Source of the DNA: Christensenellaceae bacterium
Lineage (GTDB): Bacteria > Bacillota > Clostridia > Christensenellales > CAG-138
Assembly (NCBI GenBank): GCA_963675855.1
Contig: OY776633.1
Span: 538,546-602,545 of the forward strand
DNA length: 64,000 nucleotides
Direction: 5' to 3'
Part shown: piece after piece, positions 38,778 through 48,090 of the stretch
Numbering within the stretch: position 1 is the first letter of the stretch
Layout of the letters: every line of letters starts with the position of its first letter
Program-made: the position numbers and the translations under genes
The notes under the pieces: model-generated
Database searches by the model: none
The model's input: only the letters and a program-made list of their open reading frames with translations
What the model was told of the DNA's origin: nothing

Positions 38778-39404
38778 ATGAAAGTAATCGCAATCAACGG
38801 CAGCCCGCGCTTCGACGGCAACACGACGACGGCGCTGCGGACCATGACGGACGAACTGGAACGGCAGGGAATCGAAACCGAGACGATCCAGATCGGAAAC
38901 CGGAGCATCCGCGGTTGTATCGCGTGCGGGCGGTGCAGAACGTCCGAGGGCAACTTTTGCGTGTTTGACGATGACTGCGTAAACGAAATATCCGCAAAAA
39001 TGCGGACGGCGGACGGATTTATCCTGGGCTGCCCGACGTATTACGCGGGCATACCGGGAACGATGAAATCGTTTCTCGACAGGGTTTTTTACTCAAGCAC
39101 CAGATACTTTAACCTGAAGGTGGCGACGAGCGCGGCGGTCGTGCGGCGCGCGGGCGGCGTAGACGTCGTGCACCAGCTCAACAACTACCTCAATCTTGCG
39201 CAGACCGTGATTCCGCCCTCGCAGTATTGGACGATCGCCTACGGCAGGGACAAGGCCGAAGCCGCGCGCGACGAGGAAGGCATGCAGACGCTGAAAAGAA
39301 ACGCGCGCGCCATGGCCTGGCTTCTCAAGCTCATAGAAGCCGGCAGGGATACGGTGCCTCTGCCGGAGTTTGAGAAACGGTTGATGACGAATTTCATTCG
39401 ATAA
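38778..39404 (+). CDS. flavodoxin-family / NADPH-dependent FMN reductase (iron-sulfur flavoprotein-like)
   Basis: MKVIAINGSPR N-terminus; Cys cluster CIACGRC...C; 208 aa. Confidence 0.75.
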   Translation: MKVIAINGSPRFDGNTTTALRTMTDELERQGIETETIQIGNRSIRGCIACGRCRTSEGNFCVFDDDCVNEISAKMRTADGFILGCPTYYAGIPGTMKSFLDRVFYSSTRYFNLKVATSAAVVRRAGGVDVVHQLNNYLNLAQTVIPPSQYWTIAYGRDKAEAARDEEGMQTLKRNARAMAWLLKLIEAGRDTVPLPEFEKRLMTNFIR

Positions 39405-39425
39405 GAACATCTGCAACAAAGCCGC

Positions 39426-39454
39426 AAAGCCGCGCGTACCGCGGCTTTATTTTG
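39426..39454 (+). terminator. rho-independent terminator
   Basis: aaagccgcg-cgtac-cgcggctttatttt. Confidence 0.7.
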
Positions 39455-39631
39455 CATGCGGGCAAAAAGATATATTTACGTGAAAACCACACAATGCATA
39501 AAATCCCTGTTACAATATGGATATGCGTTCCAAAACGAGATGTTTTGGGGCGATTTGCAGCTAAGGCGCATATAAGCGGCGCTGTTATTCGCTGTAAAAA
39601 ATCAGGAAAACCCCCTTTCAGGAGGAAACGC

Positions 39632-40840
39632 ATGGAATCTCCCATTCGTGTTAAAAGCGAAACCGGCAAACTCAGGCGCGTTCTGCTGCACCGCCCGGGG
39701 CAGGAGCTGGAAAACCTCATGCCGCAGTACCTCTCGCGCCAGCTCTTTGAGGATATCCCCTATCTCGTGCACGCGCGCGAGGAGCACGACCAGTTTGCAA
39801 ATACGCTGCGCGAAAGCGGCGTAGAGGTCGTATACCTTTTAGACCTCGTCGCCGAAGCCGTCGAGCGTTCCGGCGCGCAGGAGCAGTTTGTAGACGACTT
39901 CATCAAAGAGATCGGCAACTCGGTGCGCGGCGCGGAAGGCGCGGTTCGAAAATATCTGCTGGACCTGCCCGTGCCGCAAATGCTCAGCGCGATGGTGCGC
40001 GGCGTTCGCAAGAGCGACCTCGGCAAACGCGAACACCGGCACCTTGTGGATTATATCGACGACGCGTACCCCTTTTTCGTCGATCCCATGCCGAATCTCT
40101 ATTTCACGCGCGACGCGTTCTTCACCATCGACGGCGGCGTGTGCCTTTCAAGCATGGCCAACGCCGTGCGCGCACGGGAGACGCTGTTCGGGCAGTACCT
40201 GTTTACGAAGCACCCCGTCTATCGGGATACGCAGATCTACCACGAGCGGAGCGATCCGTTTTCCATCGAGGGCGGCGATGTGCTCGTGCTGTCCCCGGAA
40301 GTCGTCGCCGTCGGCATTTCGCAGCGCACCGACCCGAACGCGGTGGAGGCGCTCGCCGGAAGGCTCGTCAGCGAGGAAACGGGGATCACCCGCGTGATCG
40401 CAATCGACATCCCCAAGACGCGCTCCTATATGCACCTCGACACGGTCATGACGATGGTCGATCTCGACAAGTTCACGATCCACCCGTCGATCCTGCCGAC
40501 GCTGCGCACATTTTCGCTCATAAAAAAGGGCGGCAAACTGGTCGTTCAGCCGGAAAAGCGCAAGCTGAACGAGACGCTGGCGGACGCGCTGCACCTGGAC
40601 AAGGTCACCATGATCTACTGCGGCGGCGGCAGCGCGATCGACGCCGCACGCGAACAGTGGAACGACGGCACGAACACGCTCGCCGTCGCACCGGGCGAGG
40701 TGATCGCGTTTTCACGAAACTACGTGACAAACGGCATCCTGCGCGACCACGGGATCGTCGTGCACGAAATCCCCTCCGCGGAGCTCTCGCGCGGGCGGGG
40801 CGGGCCGAGGTGTATGAGCATGCCGCTCTGGCGCGAATGA
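39632..40840 (+). CDS. arcA: arginine deiminase
   Basis: ATG 39632 after AGGAGGAAA; KSETGKLRRVLLHRPG N-terminus; catalytic Cys in GGPRCMSMPL. Confidence 0.9.
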   Translation: MESPIRVKSETGKLRRVLLHRPGQELENLMPQYLSRQLFEDIPYLVHAREEHDQFANTLRESGVEVVYLLDLVAEAVERSGAQEQFVDDFIKEIGNSVRGAEGAVRKYLLDLPVPQMLSAMVRGVRKSDLGKREHRHLVDYIDDAYPFFVDPMPNLYFTRDAFFTIDGGVCLSSMANAVRARETLFGQYLFTKHPVYRDTQIYHERSDPFSIEGGDVLVLSPEVVAVGISQRTDPNAVEALAGRLVSEETGITRVIAIDIPKTRSYMHLDTVMTMVDLDKFTIHPSILPTLRTFSLIKKGGKLVVQPEKRKLNETLADALHLDKVTMIYCGGGSAIDAAREQWNDGTNTLAVAPGEVIAFSRNYVTNGILRDHGIVVHEIPSAELSRGRGGPRCMSMPLWRE

Positions 40841-40890
40841 CCCTGCCATATTAACCGGCACGACTGAATGAACAGATTTGGAGGAACCGT

Positions 40891-41874
40891 ATGGACCTGC
40901 GCGGAAGAAGTTTTCTGACCCTGTTGGATTACACACCCGGGGAGATTCGCCATCTGCTCGATTTGAGCCATGCGCTCAAGCGCGAAAAACGCGGGCGGAT
41001 ATTTCCGGAGCGGCTGAAGCACCGCAACATCGTGCTCATCTTCGATAAAACCAGCACGCGCACGCGCTGCGCCTTCGAAACGGCCGCGCTGGACGAAGGC
41101 GCGCACGTCACCTATCTGAGCAACAGCCAGATGGGCAAGAAGGAGTCGATCGAGGATACGGCAAAAGTGCTCGGCCGCTATTACGACGGCATCGAATACC
41201 GCGGGTATTCGCAGGATCTGGTGGAAGACCTTGCGCGCTATTCCGGCGTTCCGGTCTGGAACGGGCTGACGGACAGCGACCACCCCACGCAGGTGCTCGC
41301 GGATCTCATGACCATCGAGGAGCATGTGAAAAAGCCGCTTGCGGATGTGAAGCTGGTCTACGTGGGCGACGCGCGTAACAACATGGGCAATTCGCTTATG
41401 ATCGGCTGCGTCAAGATGGGCATGGCGTTTACGGCCGTCGCGCCGCGCGCGCTCTGGCCGGAGGAAGCGCTCGCGCGGCGCATGGCCGAACTGGGGGAAA
41501 CCACCGGTGGTTCGGTCGAGTTTTCGGAGTCCCCGGACGCGGTGGCGGGCGCTGATGCGGTGTATACGGACGTATGGGTTTCCATGGGCGAGGAGTCGCA
41601 ATTCGCGGAACGCATCGCGCTGCTCGAACCCTACCGCGTGACCATGGATATGCTGCAAAAAACCGGCAATCCTGACGTGTTGTTTTTACATTGCCTGCCG
41701 TCGTTCCATGACCTTGAGACCGCCGTCGGCAGGGAGATCTACGAAACATTCGGCATTCGTGAGATGGAAGCGAGCGACGAGGTGTTCCGTTCGCGCCACA
41801 GCGTAGTTTTTGACGAGGCGGAGAACCGCATGCACACGATCAAGGCTGTGATGGTCGCCGCGCTGGGAGACTGA
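40891..41874 (+). CDS. arcB: ornithine carbamoyltransferase (probably catabolic, next to arcA)
   Basis: STRTRCAFE carbamoyl-phosphate motif, HPTQ, HCLPSFH; 327 aa. Confidence 0.88.
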   Translation: MDLRGRSFLTLLDYTPGEIRHLLDLSHALKREKRGRIFPERLKHRNIVLIFDKTSTRTRCAFETAALDEGAHVTYLSNSQMGKKESIEDTAKVLGRYYDGIEYRGYSQDLVEDLARYSGVPVWNGLTDSDHPTQVLADLMTIEEHVKKPLADVKLVYVGDARNNMGNSLMIGCVKMGMAFTAVAPRALWPEEALARRMAELGETTGGSVEFSESPDAVAGADAVYTDVWVSMGEESQFAERIALLEPYRVTMDMLQKTGNPDVLFLHCLPSFHDLETAVGREIYETFGIREMEASDEVFRSRHSVVFDEAENRMHTIKAVMVAALGD

Positions 41875-41906
41875 GTTGAGATAAATATATTTTTAAATAT
41901 ATTTGG

Positions 41907-41978
41907 ATGGTATTCGACGAGACGGAAAACCGGATGCATACGATCAAGGCGGTGATGGTCGCCGCGCTGGGAGACTGA
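41907..41978 (+). pseudogene. relic 3' end of a second ornithine carbamoyltransferase gene (encodes ...[22 protein letters not shown])
   Basis: 41910-41978 matches 41806-41874 at 62/69 nt; 6 of the 7 differences are synonymous third-position changes. Confidence 0.8.
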
Positions 41979-42065
41979 GCGGCGGGTTTATACGGTATAA
42001 GGGTGTGTATATGCATATAATTCAGAAGAAAATCCGCAGCAAAGCCAAATTTTCACCGGATATGA

Positions 42066-42094
42066 TTGAAAGCGAAATACAGATGCGGTATAAT
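42066..42094 (+). promoter_or_regulatory. sigma-70-type promoter (TTGAAA-17 nt-TATAAT) for the DUF1015/aspartokinase operon
   Basis: Near-consensus hexamers with 17-nt spacer, about 100 nt upstream of ATG 42194. Confidence 0.55.
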
Positions 42095-42193
42095 ACCCGC
42101 AATACGTTTAAAATAAGGTATGCGGCGTGTATCAATATGGGATAACGCGGCATACGGAATACAAACAAGTTTTACGGAGGAACAGGAGTACAA

Positions 42194-43528
42194 ATGGAAG
42201 ACCGGTATCGTAACGACGTAGCAGTGCAGGTGCCGCTTGTATTACTGCCGAAGCGGGGCACGGACTATTATAAGTGGGCGGTCGTCGCCTGCGACCAGTA
42301 CACATCGCAGCCGGCGTACTGGGAGGACGCCAAGCGCATCGTCGGGAAATCCCCTTCGACGCTGGAGCTCATCCTGCCGGAAGCCTATCTGGAGAAACCC
42401 GACGAAGAGGAACGTATCCAGAGCATCAAGGACCATATGCGCAGCTATCTCGACACGGGCGTGCTGGTAGAAAAACCCCAGGGCTTCGTTCTCGTGACAA
42501 GAACGGCGGGGGGCGTCGTGCGCACAGGCCTCATGCTGGCGCTCGACCTTGAGGCCTACGACTACGCCAAGGGGTCGACGACGCTGATACGCGCTTCGGA
42601 GGGAACCATCGTTTCCCGCATCCCGCCGCGGCTGAGAATCCGCGAGGGCGCGCCGATCGAGCTGCCGCACATCCTCGTGCTTATCGACGATCCGGACCGC
42701 ACGGTCATCGAGCCGCTCGCGCAGAAGAAGACGCACCTGAAAAAACTTTACGACACCGACCTGATGCTCGACGGCGGCCATATCACCGGCCACCTTGTGG
42801 ACGGGGAGAACGATATCCTGGGCGTGCTGGATGCGCTCGCGGCGCTGAAAGACGAAACGCGGTTCTCCAAAAAATACGGCGAACGCGCGCCGCTGCTCTT
42901 TGCCATGGGCGACGGCAACCACAGCTTTGCAACCGCGAAAGCAAACTGGGAAAAGATCAAAGAATCGCTGCCGGAGAGCGAGCGTGCGGATCATCCCGCG
43001 CGGTATGCGCTCGTAGAGGTGGAAAATGTGCACGACGAAGGAATCGTTTTCGAGCCGATCCACCGCGTGGTGTTCGGCATCAGCGGCAACCGTGCCATAG
43101 AAACCGTGCTCCGCCACTTAAAGGCTCAGAACGACGGCTGCGCGCGGGTGGAGCTAGGACGCCTTCCCTGCGCGCAAAGCGGGGACACGCATATCATGCC
43201 GTTTATCACGGGCGAGGTCGAGGGCGCGTTCATCGTCAACTGCCCGAAAACCCAGCTTGCGGTCGGCACGCTGCAGGCGGCGCTGGACGAGACGGCCAAG
43301 GAGATCTGCGGCGTGGAGGTGGACTATATCCACGGCGCGGACGTGGTCAAGGAGCTATCGCGCAAGGGCGGGACGATCGGCTTTTTGCTGCCCGCCATGA
43401 AAAAGAGCGAATTTTTCTCAACCGTCATCTACGACGGCGCGCTGCCGCGAAAGACGTTCTCCATGGGAGAAGCAAACGAAAAGCGATATTATTTGGAATG
43501 CCGGTCGCTCGAAAAAAACCAGGGCTAA
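42194..43528 (+). CDS. DUF1015 domain-containing protein
   Basis: 444 aa; RBS GGAGGAACAGGAG; N-terminal VVACDQYTSQP and central FAMGDGNHSFATAK patterns as I recall for DUF1015. Confidence 0.65.
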   Translation: MEDRYRNDVAVQVPLVLLPKRGTDYYKWAVVACDQYTSQPAYWEDAKRIVGKSPSTLELILPEAYLEKPDEEERIQSIKDHMRSYLDTGVLVEKPQGFVLVTRTAGGVVRTGLMLALDLEAYDYAKGSTTLIRASEGTIVSRIPPRLRIREGAPIELPHILVLIDDPDRTVIEPLAQKKTHLKKLYDTDLMLDGGHITGHLVDGENDILGVLDALAALKDETRFSKKYGERAPLLFAMGDGNHSFATAKANWEKIKESLPESERADHPARYALVEVENVHDEGIVFEPIHRVVFGISGNRAIETVLRHLKAQNDGCARVELGRLPCAQSGDTHIMPFITGEVEGAFIVNCPKTQLAVGTLQAALDETAKEICGVEVDYIHGADVVKELSRKGGTIGFLLPAMKKSEFFSTVIYDGALPRKTFSMGEANEKRYYLECRSLEKNQG

Positions 43529-43588
43529 ACATACTTTAACGCAAGCGCGCGCAATAAACGCATGCGGCGTGAACGCAGAACAGGGGAG

Positions 43589-44911
43589 ATGCCAGTGGCG
43601 GTTAAAACGGTAAAATTCGGCGGAACAAGCCTTTGTAACGCCGAGAGCTTTGCAAAAGTCAAAAATATCGTCATGTCCGACAAAGCACGCAAGTACGTGG
43701 TGCCCTCCGCGCCGGGCAAACGCTTTCCCGGCGACGAGAAGATCACCGACCTTCTATATCTTTGCCATGCGAAAAATTCAAACGGGCTTTCGTTTGACGA
43801 TACGTTCGATCAGATTATGGAGCGCTATGTCGCCATCGAAACCGAACTGAACCTGAATACCGGCATCAAAGACGAACTGATCGCCATCAAGAAAAACATC
43901 ATCGCGGGCGCGAGCGAAGACTATATCGCGAGCCGCGGGGAGTACCTCAGCGGGCTGCTGCTGGCGGATTATCTCGGTTTTTCGTTCTTCGACGCGGCGG
44001 AACTCATCAGTTTCCACGCCGACGGCACTTACGACGACGAGACCACGCAGAAGTGGACGCAGAAGCTCGCGGAGACGCCAAACGTAGTCGTCCCCGGGTT
44101 TTATGGGCGCAAGCGGGACGGCAGCATCAAGACCTTTTCCCGCGGGGGCAGCGACATCACCGGCGCCATTGTCGCGCGCGCGGTGCAGGCGGACGTGTAC
44201 GAAAACTGGACCGACGTGAGCGGTTTTCTCATGGCGGATCCGCGTATCGTGGACAATCCAAAGGTCATATCGGTCGTTACGTATTCCGAACTCCGCGAGC
44301 TGAGCTACATGGGCGCGACCGTGCTGCACGAGGACGCGATATTCCCGGTGCGCCGCGCGCAGATACCGATCAACGTACGCAACACCAACCACCCGGAGGA
44401 CGAGGGCACGATGGTCATCCCCGACGCGTTCCTCAGGTACTATAAACGCGAGGGTGTGCTCACAGGCGTGGCCGGGCGCAGAGGGTTCACGGTCATCTCC
44501 GTCTACAAGGACAACATGCACAACGAGGTTGGCTTTGGCTACCGCCTGCTTCGCGTGCTGCAGCATTATAACATTTCGTTTGAACATATCCCCAGCGGGA
44601 TCGACACCATGAGCCTCGTCATCTCCGACAGCAAGCTCAAAGAACATCTCGAGCAGGTGCTGCGCGAGATACAGCACGACTGCGAACCGCAGAGTATCGA
44701 GGTGCATTCCAATATGGCGCTCATCGCCACGGTCGGCAAGGGCATGATCCATACGCTCGGCGTAGCCGCGCGTATCTTCAACTCGCTGTTTCAGGCGGGC
44801 GTCAACATCCGCATGATCGACCAGGGTTCTTCGGAGATGAACATCATCGTCGGCATCGAAAACGACGACCTCGAAACCGCGGTCAGGGCGATCTATCACG
44901 AGTTTGCATAA
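43589..44911 (+). CDS. aspartate kinase
   Basis: VKFGGTSL N-terminal motif, amino-acid-kinase fold, C-terminal ACT-like repeats; start 43589 (alternative 43562). Confidence 0.85.
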   Translation: MPVAVKTVKFGGTSLCNAESFAKVKNIVMSDKARKYVVPSAPGKRFPGDEKITDLLYLCHAKNSNGLSFDDTFDQIMERYVAIETELNLNTGIKDELIAIKKNIIAGASEDYIASRGEYLSGLLLADYLGFSFFDAAELISFHADGTYDDETTQKWTQKLAETPNVVVPGFYGRKRDGSIKTFSRGGSDITGAIVARAVQADVYENWTDVSGFLMADPRIVDNPKVISVVTYSELRELSYMGATVLHEDAIFPVRRAQIPINVRNTNHPEDEGTMVIPDAFLRYYKREGVLTGVAGRRGFTVISVYKDNMHNEVGFGYRLLRVLQHYNISFEHIPSGIDTMSLVISDSKLKEHLEQVLREIQHDCEPQSIEVHSNMALIATVGKGMIHTLGVAARIFNSLFQAGVNIRMIDQGSSEMNIIVGIENDDLETAVRAIYHEFA

Positions 44912-44929
44912 CAAGAATCCATGCTTTGA

Positions 44930-44956
44930 AGGCTCCCCTGAACAGGGGAGCTTTTT
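44930..44956 (+). terminator. rho-independent terminator
   Basis: ggctcccc-tgaaca-ggggagcttttt. Confidence 0.75.
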
Positions 44957-45049
44957 AACGGGCGTATGGACGCGGCGACATTGACAATGCCGCGCGGCGG
45001 GGATAAAATGAGCTGACAATCGAGCATGCGGAAAGTGAAGTGACGTTTT

Positions 45050-45277
45050 GTGTCCATAAAAGACGCGCATACGGCCGTACCGGTCGACTGGAGCGATCGG
45101 GAACAGGCATCGCTGCAGGCGAAGATCGACGTGCTGCGAAATATGATCAACGGCAACCCCATGACCTACTCGGAAAAAGAAGAGATGGTCAAAAAACATC
45201 TTTCCGACGAAACGCGCCGCGCGGGAGCGAAACTGGACGCAAAGGTCAAAGACCTTGCGAAAAAATGGAAGATTTGA
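45050..45277 (+). CDS. hypothetical small protein (75 aa, charged/helical)
   Basis: GTG start, weak RBS; own terminator downstream; no recognisable family. Confidence 0.35.
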   Translation: MSIKDAHTAVPVDWSDREQASLQAKIDVLRNMINGNPMTYSEKEEMVKKHLSDETRRAGAKLDAKVKDLAKKWKI

Positions 45278-45293
45278 TCCATGAAAACAAACA

Positions 45294-45327
45294 AAAAAGA
45301 CTCTCCTGTCAGGGAGAGTCTTTTTTT
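45294..45327. terminator. bidirectional rho-independent terminator
   Basis: aaaaaagactctcc-tgtca-gggagagtcttttttt. Confidence 0.8.
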
Positions 45328-45332
45328 ATCGG

Positions 45333-46544
45333 CTATTTCACAAACGACGTAACCAGCGCCGTCAGGATGTCCACCACTTTCTCCATCGCCTGCACACAGA
45401 TGAACTCGTACCGCCCGTGGAAGTTATGCCCGCCGGTGCAGAGATTCGGGCAGGGAAGGCCCATGTAGCTTAACCGCGCGCCGTCCGTACCGCCGCGGAT
45501 GGCGGAGATTTGCGGCGTGACGCCGACGGCTTCCATCGCGCGCTCTGCGGCGGACACGACAAATTCCGGCACTTTGGATTTCATGTTGTAGTACGTGTCG
45601 CTCATTTCCAGCGAGATTGTGCCCGCGCCGTATTTATCGTTGAGAAACGCGCAGGCCTTCTGCATCAGCGCCTTTTTTTGCTCAAACTTTTCCATATCGT
45701 GATCGCGCAGGATATACGACATGTCCGCGTGATCCACGCAACCTTCCAGCTTGTCCAAATGAAAGAATCCCTCGTACCCCTCGGTACAGGCTGGGTTTTC
45801 AAAGCGGGGCAGCAGATCCTGCAGCTCCATGGCGACGAGCAGGGCGTTGACCATCCGCCCCTTTGCGGAGCCGGTATGCAGGCTCAGCCCCTGAATGCGA
45901 ATCTCGGCGCCGGCCGCGTTGAAGCACTCGTAATTGATATCCCCAAGCGCGCCGCCGTCCACGGTGTATGCAAAATCGGCGTTGAATGCGGATACGTCGA
46001 ACAGGTCGACCCCGTGGCCGACTTCCTCGTCCGGCGTAAAACCGATACGGATCGTCCCGTGCTCCGGCGCATCGGGCGCGAGCAAGCGCTGTGCCAGCGT
46101 CATGATCTCGGCCACGCCCGCCTTGTCGTCCGCGCCGAGCAGTGTCATTCCGTCCGTGCAGATGATCTCCTGCCCGAGGCAGTCCGCCAGCGCGGGCGAG
46201 TCCGCGGGCGAACGCGTATAGCCGTTGCCCATGTCGATCTCCCCGCCGCCGTAATCCGGCGTGAGAACGGGTTTCACGTTCGCGCCGCTGACCGCGTCGG
46301 CCGTATCGACATGCGCAAGCAGGCCGACGACGGGCGCTTTTTTATCCGTGTTGGCGGGTATGCTCGCGGTCACGTAGCCGTGCGCGTCCAGCGTAACGTC
46401 CGCCGCGCCGAGCGCGATTAGTTCGTCGCGCAGCAGACGGCACAAATCGAGCTGTTTTGCTGTGCTCGGCACCGAATCGGCGTGCTGTTTCGACTGGGTG
46501 TCGATCTTCGCATACCGCAAGAAGCGGTCTTTTACGGATTCCAT
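45333..46544 (-). CDS. pepT: peptidase T (tripeptide aminopeptidase, M20B)
   Basis: Start ATG 46544 (MESVKDRFLRYAKIDTQS) after AGGAG; M20 metal ligands (HVDTAD, DDKAG, EE). Confidence 0.85.
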   Translation of the reverse strand: MESVKDRFLRYAKIDTQSKQHADSVPSTAKQLDLCRLLRDELIALGAADVTLDAHGYVTASIPANTDKKAPVVGLLAHVDTADAVSGANVKPVLTPDYGGGEIDMGNGYTRSPADSPALADCLGQEIICTDGMTLLGADDKAGVAEIMTLAQRLLAPDAPEHGTIRIGFTPDEEVGHGVDLFDVSAFNADFAYTVDGGALGDINYECFNAAGAEIRIQGLSLHTGSAKGRMVNALLVAMELQDLLPRFENPACTEGYEGFFHLDKLEGCVDHADMSYILRDHDMEKFEQKKALMQKACAFLNDKYGAGTISLEMSDTYYNMKSKVPEFVVSAAERAMEAVGVTPQISAIRGGTDGARLSYMGLPCPNLCTGGHNFHGRYEFICVQAMEKVVDILTALVTSFVK

Positions 46545-46639
46545 ATTTGATATTCTCCTGTTGTTTGATGTATGCCAAAGAGAGCATACCACGCGCTTGA
46601 GCGGATAGCAAGCCGGACGAAAGCAGGGAAAAGGCGGTC

Positions 46640-46676
46640 AAAATTCGGAAAAGGCGCTTCCCCTGCGGGAAACGCC
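46640..46676 (-). terminator. rho-independent terminator of the zinc-ribbon gene
   Basis: Minus strand: ggcgtttccc-gcag-gggaagcgcc followed by ttttccgaatttt. Confidence 0.6.
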
Positions 46677-46737
46677 TCTTTGTCGGTTCTTTAAGTCCGA
46701 TTCCGATTATATCCGAGAACGGAATAAGGGGAATGCG

Positions 46738-47013
46738 TCAGCGGTTTTTGTGGTTCTGGAAGCAGGTGCTGCAGTAAACGGGACGGTCGTTTCTGGGTTG
46801 GAACGGGATCTTGGTGGGTGCGCCGCACTCCGCGCAGATCGCGTCGAACATTTCGCGCTCTCCGCTGCGTGAGGTTTTACGGCTGGCACGGCAATCTTTG
46901 CAACGGACGGGTTCGTTCTGGAAGCCCTTCTCCGCGTAGAATTCCTGCTCGCCTGCCGTGAATACGAATTCCTTACCGCAATCCTTGCATACCAGTGTCT
47001 TGTCTTGGAACAT
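46738..47013 (-). CDS. zinc-ribbon domain protein (two CxxC...CxxC units)
   Basis: 91 aa; CKDCGKEF...CKDC and CAECGAP...CSTC; RBS AGGGGAA. Confidence 0.75.
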   Translation of the reverse strand: MFQDKTLVCKDCGKEFVFTAGEQEFYAEKGFQNEPVRCKDCRASRKTSRSGEREMFDAICAECGAPTKIPFQPRNDRPVYCSTCFQNHKNR

Positions 47014-47284
47014 TTGGATTTTCCCCTTTTCGGTTCATGAAATTTCTGATATCCGAGTGACGGCTGACCTGGTTTTTGCCCCCACACCCGCCAACTGGAA
47101 GGGTCGCTACCCGGCGAAATGCCTCTCACTACTGCCTCTCTCGAAATGCACGTTAGATATGCTTCGGTTGGACTTACATCTAGACCGCACCATGCTCACG
47201 GGGCTTTGCCCGCTTACGTGGATCGTTTTGCCTGCGACTGGCGTCGATTTTCAACCACAGACCCGAAACGCGGATACCAAAACC
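47014..47284 (-). other. long (about 270 nt) 5' leader or independent structured RNA upstream of the zinc-ribbon gene
   Basis: Runs from a near-consensus promoter to the RBS; no credible ORF; several local hairpins and a possible closing helix (47271-47278 with 47048-47055). Confidence 0.35.
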
Positions 47285-47314
47285 ATTATAATGCACACAA
47301 TTGGAAAATTGCAA
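47285..47314 (-). promoter_or_regulatory. sigma-70-type promoter (TTGCAA-18 nt-TATAAT) with upstream A-tract
   Basis: Minus strand reads aaaaaaaaatacaTTGCAAttttccaattgtgtgcatTATAATggtt. Confidence 0.5.
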
Positions 47315-47369
47315 TGTATTTTTTTTAGCGGCTTGTTCGCACAAATGCTTTGATTCGGGCGTTTTACAC

Positions 47370-47939
47370 TTATTTATGCGCGTCTTCGTTATGAATATAC
47401 TGCGCGCGCGGGCCACCGACATATTTCGGGCGCGTCTTGGCGAGCACAAGCGTCGCCTCTTTGATACTGCGCTTTTCGGTATGCACGGGTACGACCACGG
47501 GGCGCAGGTGCATGCCGATGAGCGTGCCGCCGATGTCCATGCCGAGCGCGGCCTTTGCGTTGAGGTTTTCCACCATCACGCGATCCGGAATACGCGCGTA
47601 CGCCTCGGTCGCAAACGCGCCGCCCGCGTGCAGCCAGGGCCGCACCCAGACTTCCTGGAGGCCGTAGCGCTCCGCGCAAGCGCGGCTCGTGCAGAGCGCG
47701 CGGTTGATATGCTCGCAGCCCTGTACGGCGAGAAACAGCCCCGCGGCGGCCACTTTCGGAAGAACCGCGTCCATGACGGCTTTGGCGACTTCTTCGTTAG
47801 ACGCCGAGCCGATGCGTTTTCCGACGATTTCGCTCGTCGAACAGCCGACGATAAAGATATCGCCTTCGCGATAGATCGCGCTGGAGAGGAGGATGTCGAC
47901 GGCCTCGGCCGCCTGACGGGTCAATTCGCTGTAATCCAC
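47370..47939 (-). CDS. TIGR01440 / UPF0340 (DUF436) family protein
   Basis: GTG 47939 eleven nt after GAAGGAG; IVGCSTSEI and QGCEHINRAL patterns typical of the family. Confidence 0.7.
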   Translation of the reverse strand: MDYSELTRQAAEAVDILLSSAIYREGDIFIVGCSTSEIVGKRIGSASNEEVAKAVMDAVLPKVAAAGLFLAVQGCEHINRALCTSRACAERYGLQEVWVRPWLHAGGAFATEAYARIPDRVMVENLNAKAALGMDIGGTLIGMHLRPVVVPVHTEKRSIKEATLVLAKTRPKYVGGPRAQYIHNEDAHK

Positions 47940-48090
47940 TTGAAAAAACACTCCTTCGATGAGCTGAAGAAGGCGCCTTGCACAACGGGCAGGGTACCCG
48001 CCTTCAATCACACAGTATAGCACAAATCGCGCTGTTTGACTGCGTATTTTTTCGCGCGGGCTATGACGGTTCGTGTGTTATACTGCTGGT

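Noticed and set aside
41903-42145. 80-aa ORF ([15 protein letters not shown]...)
   Set aside because: It reads the arcB relic out of frame and then runs through the promoter of the next operon. There is no RBS.
43778-45199. 473-aa minus-strand ORF
   Set aside because: It is antisense to aspartate kinase and crosses a strong terminator. The composition is typical of a GC-rich shadow frame.
47014-47284. Assignment of the long leader to a known RNA class (c-di-GMP-I, T-box, SAM-I, glycine, cobalamin, SRP, RNase P, 6S)
   Set aside because: Only isolated short resemblances were found (GGCAAA/GCAAAGCC, ACCAGGUCAG, CUAGAUG). The defining conserved cores of each class are absent and the length does not fit. 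It is kept only as an unclassified leader.
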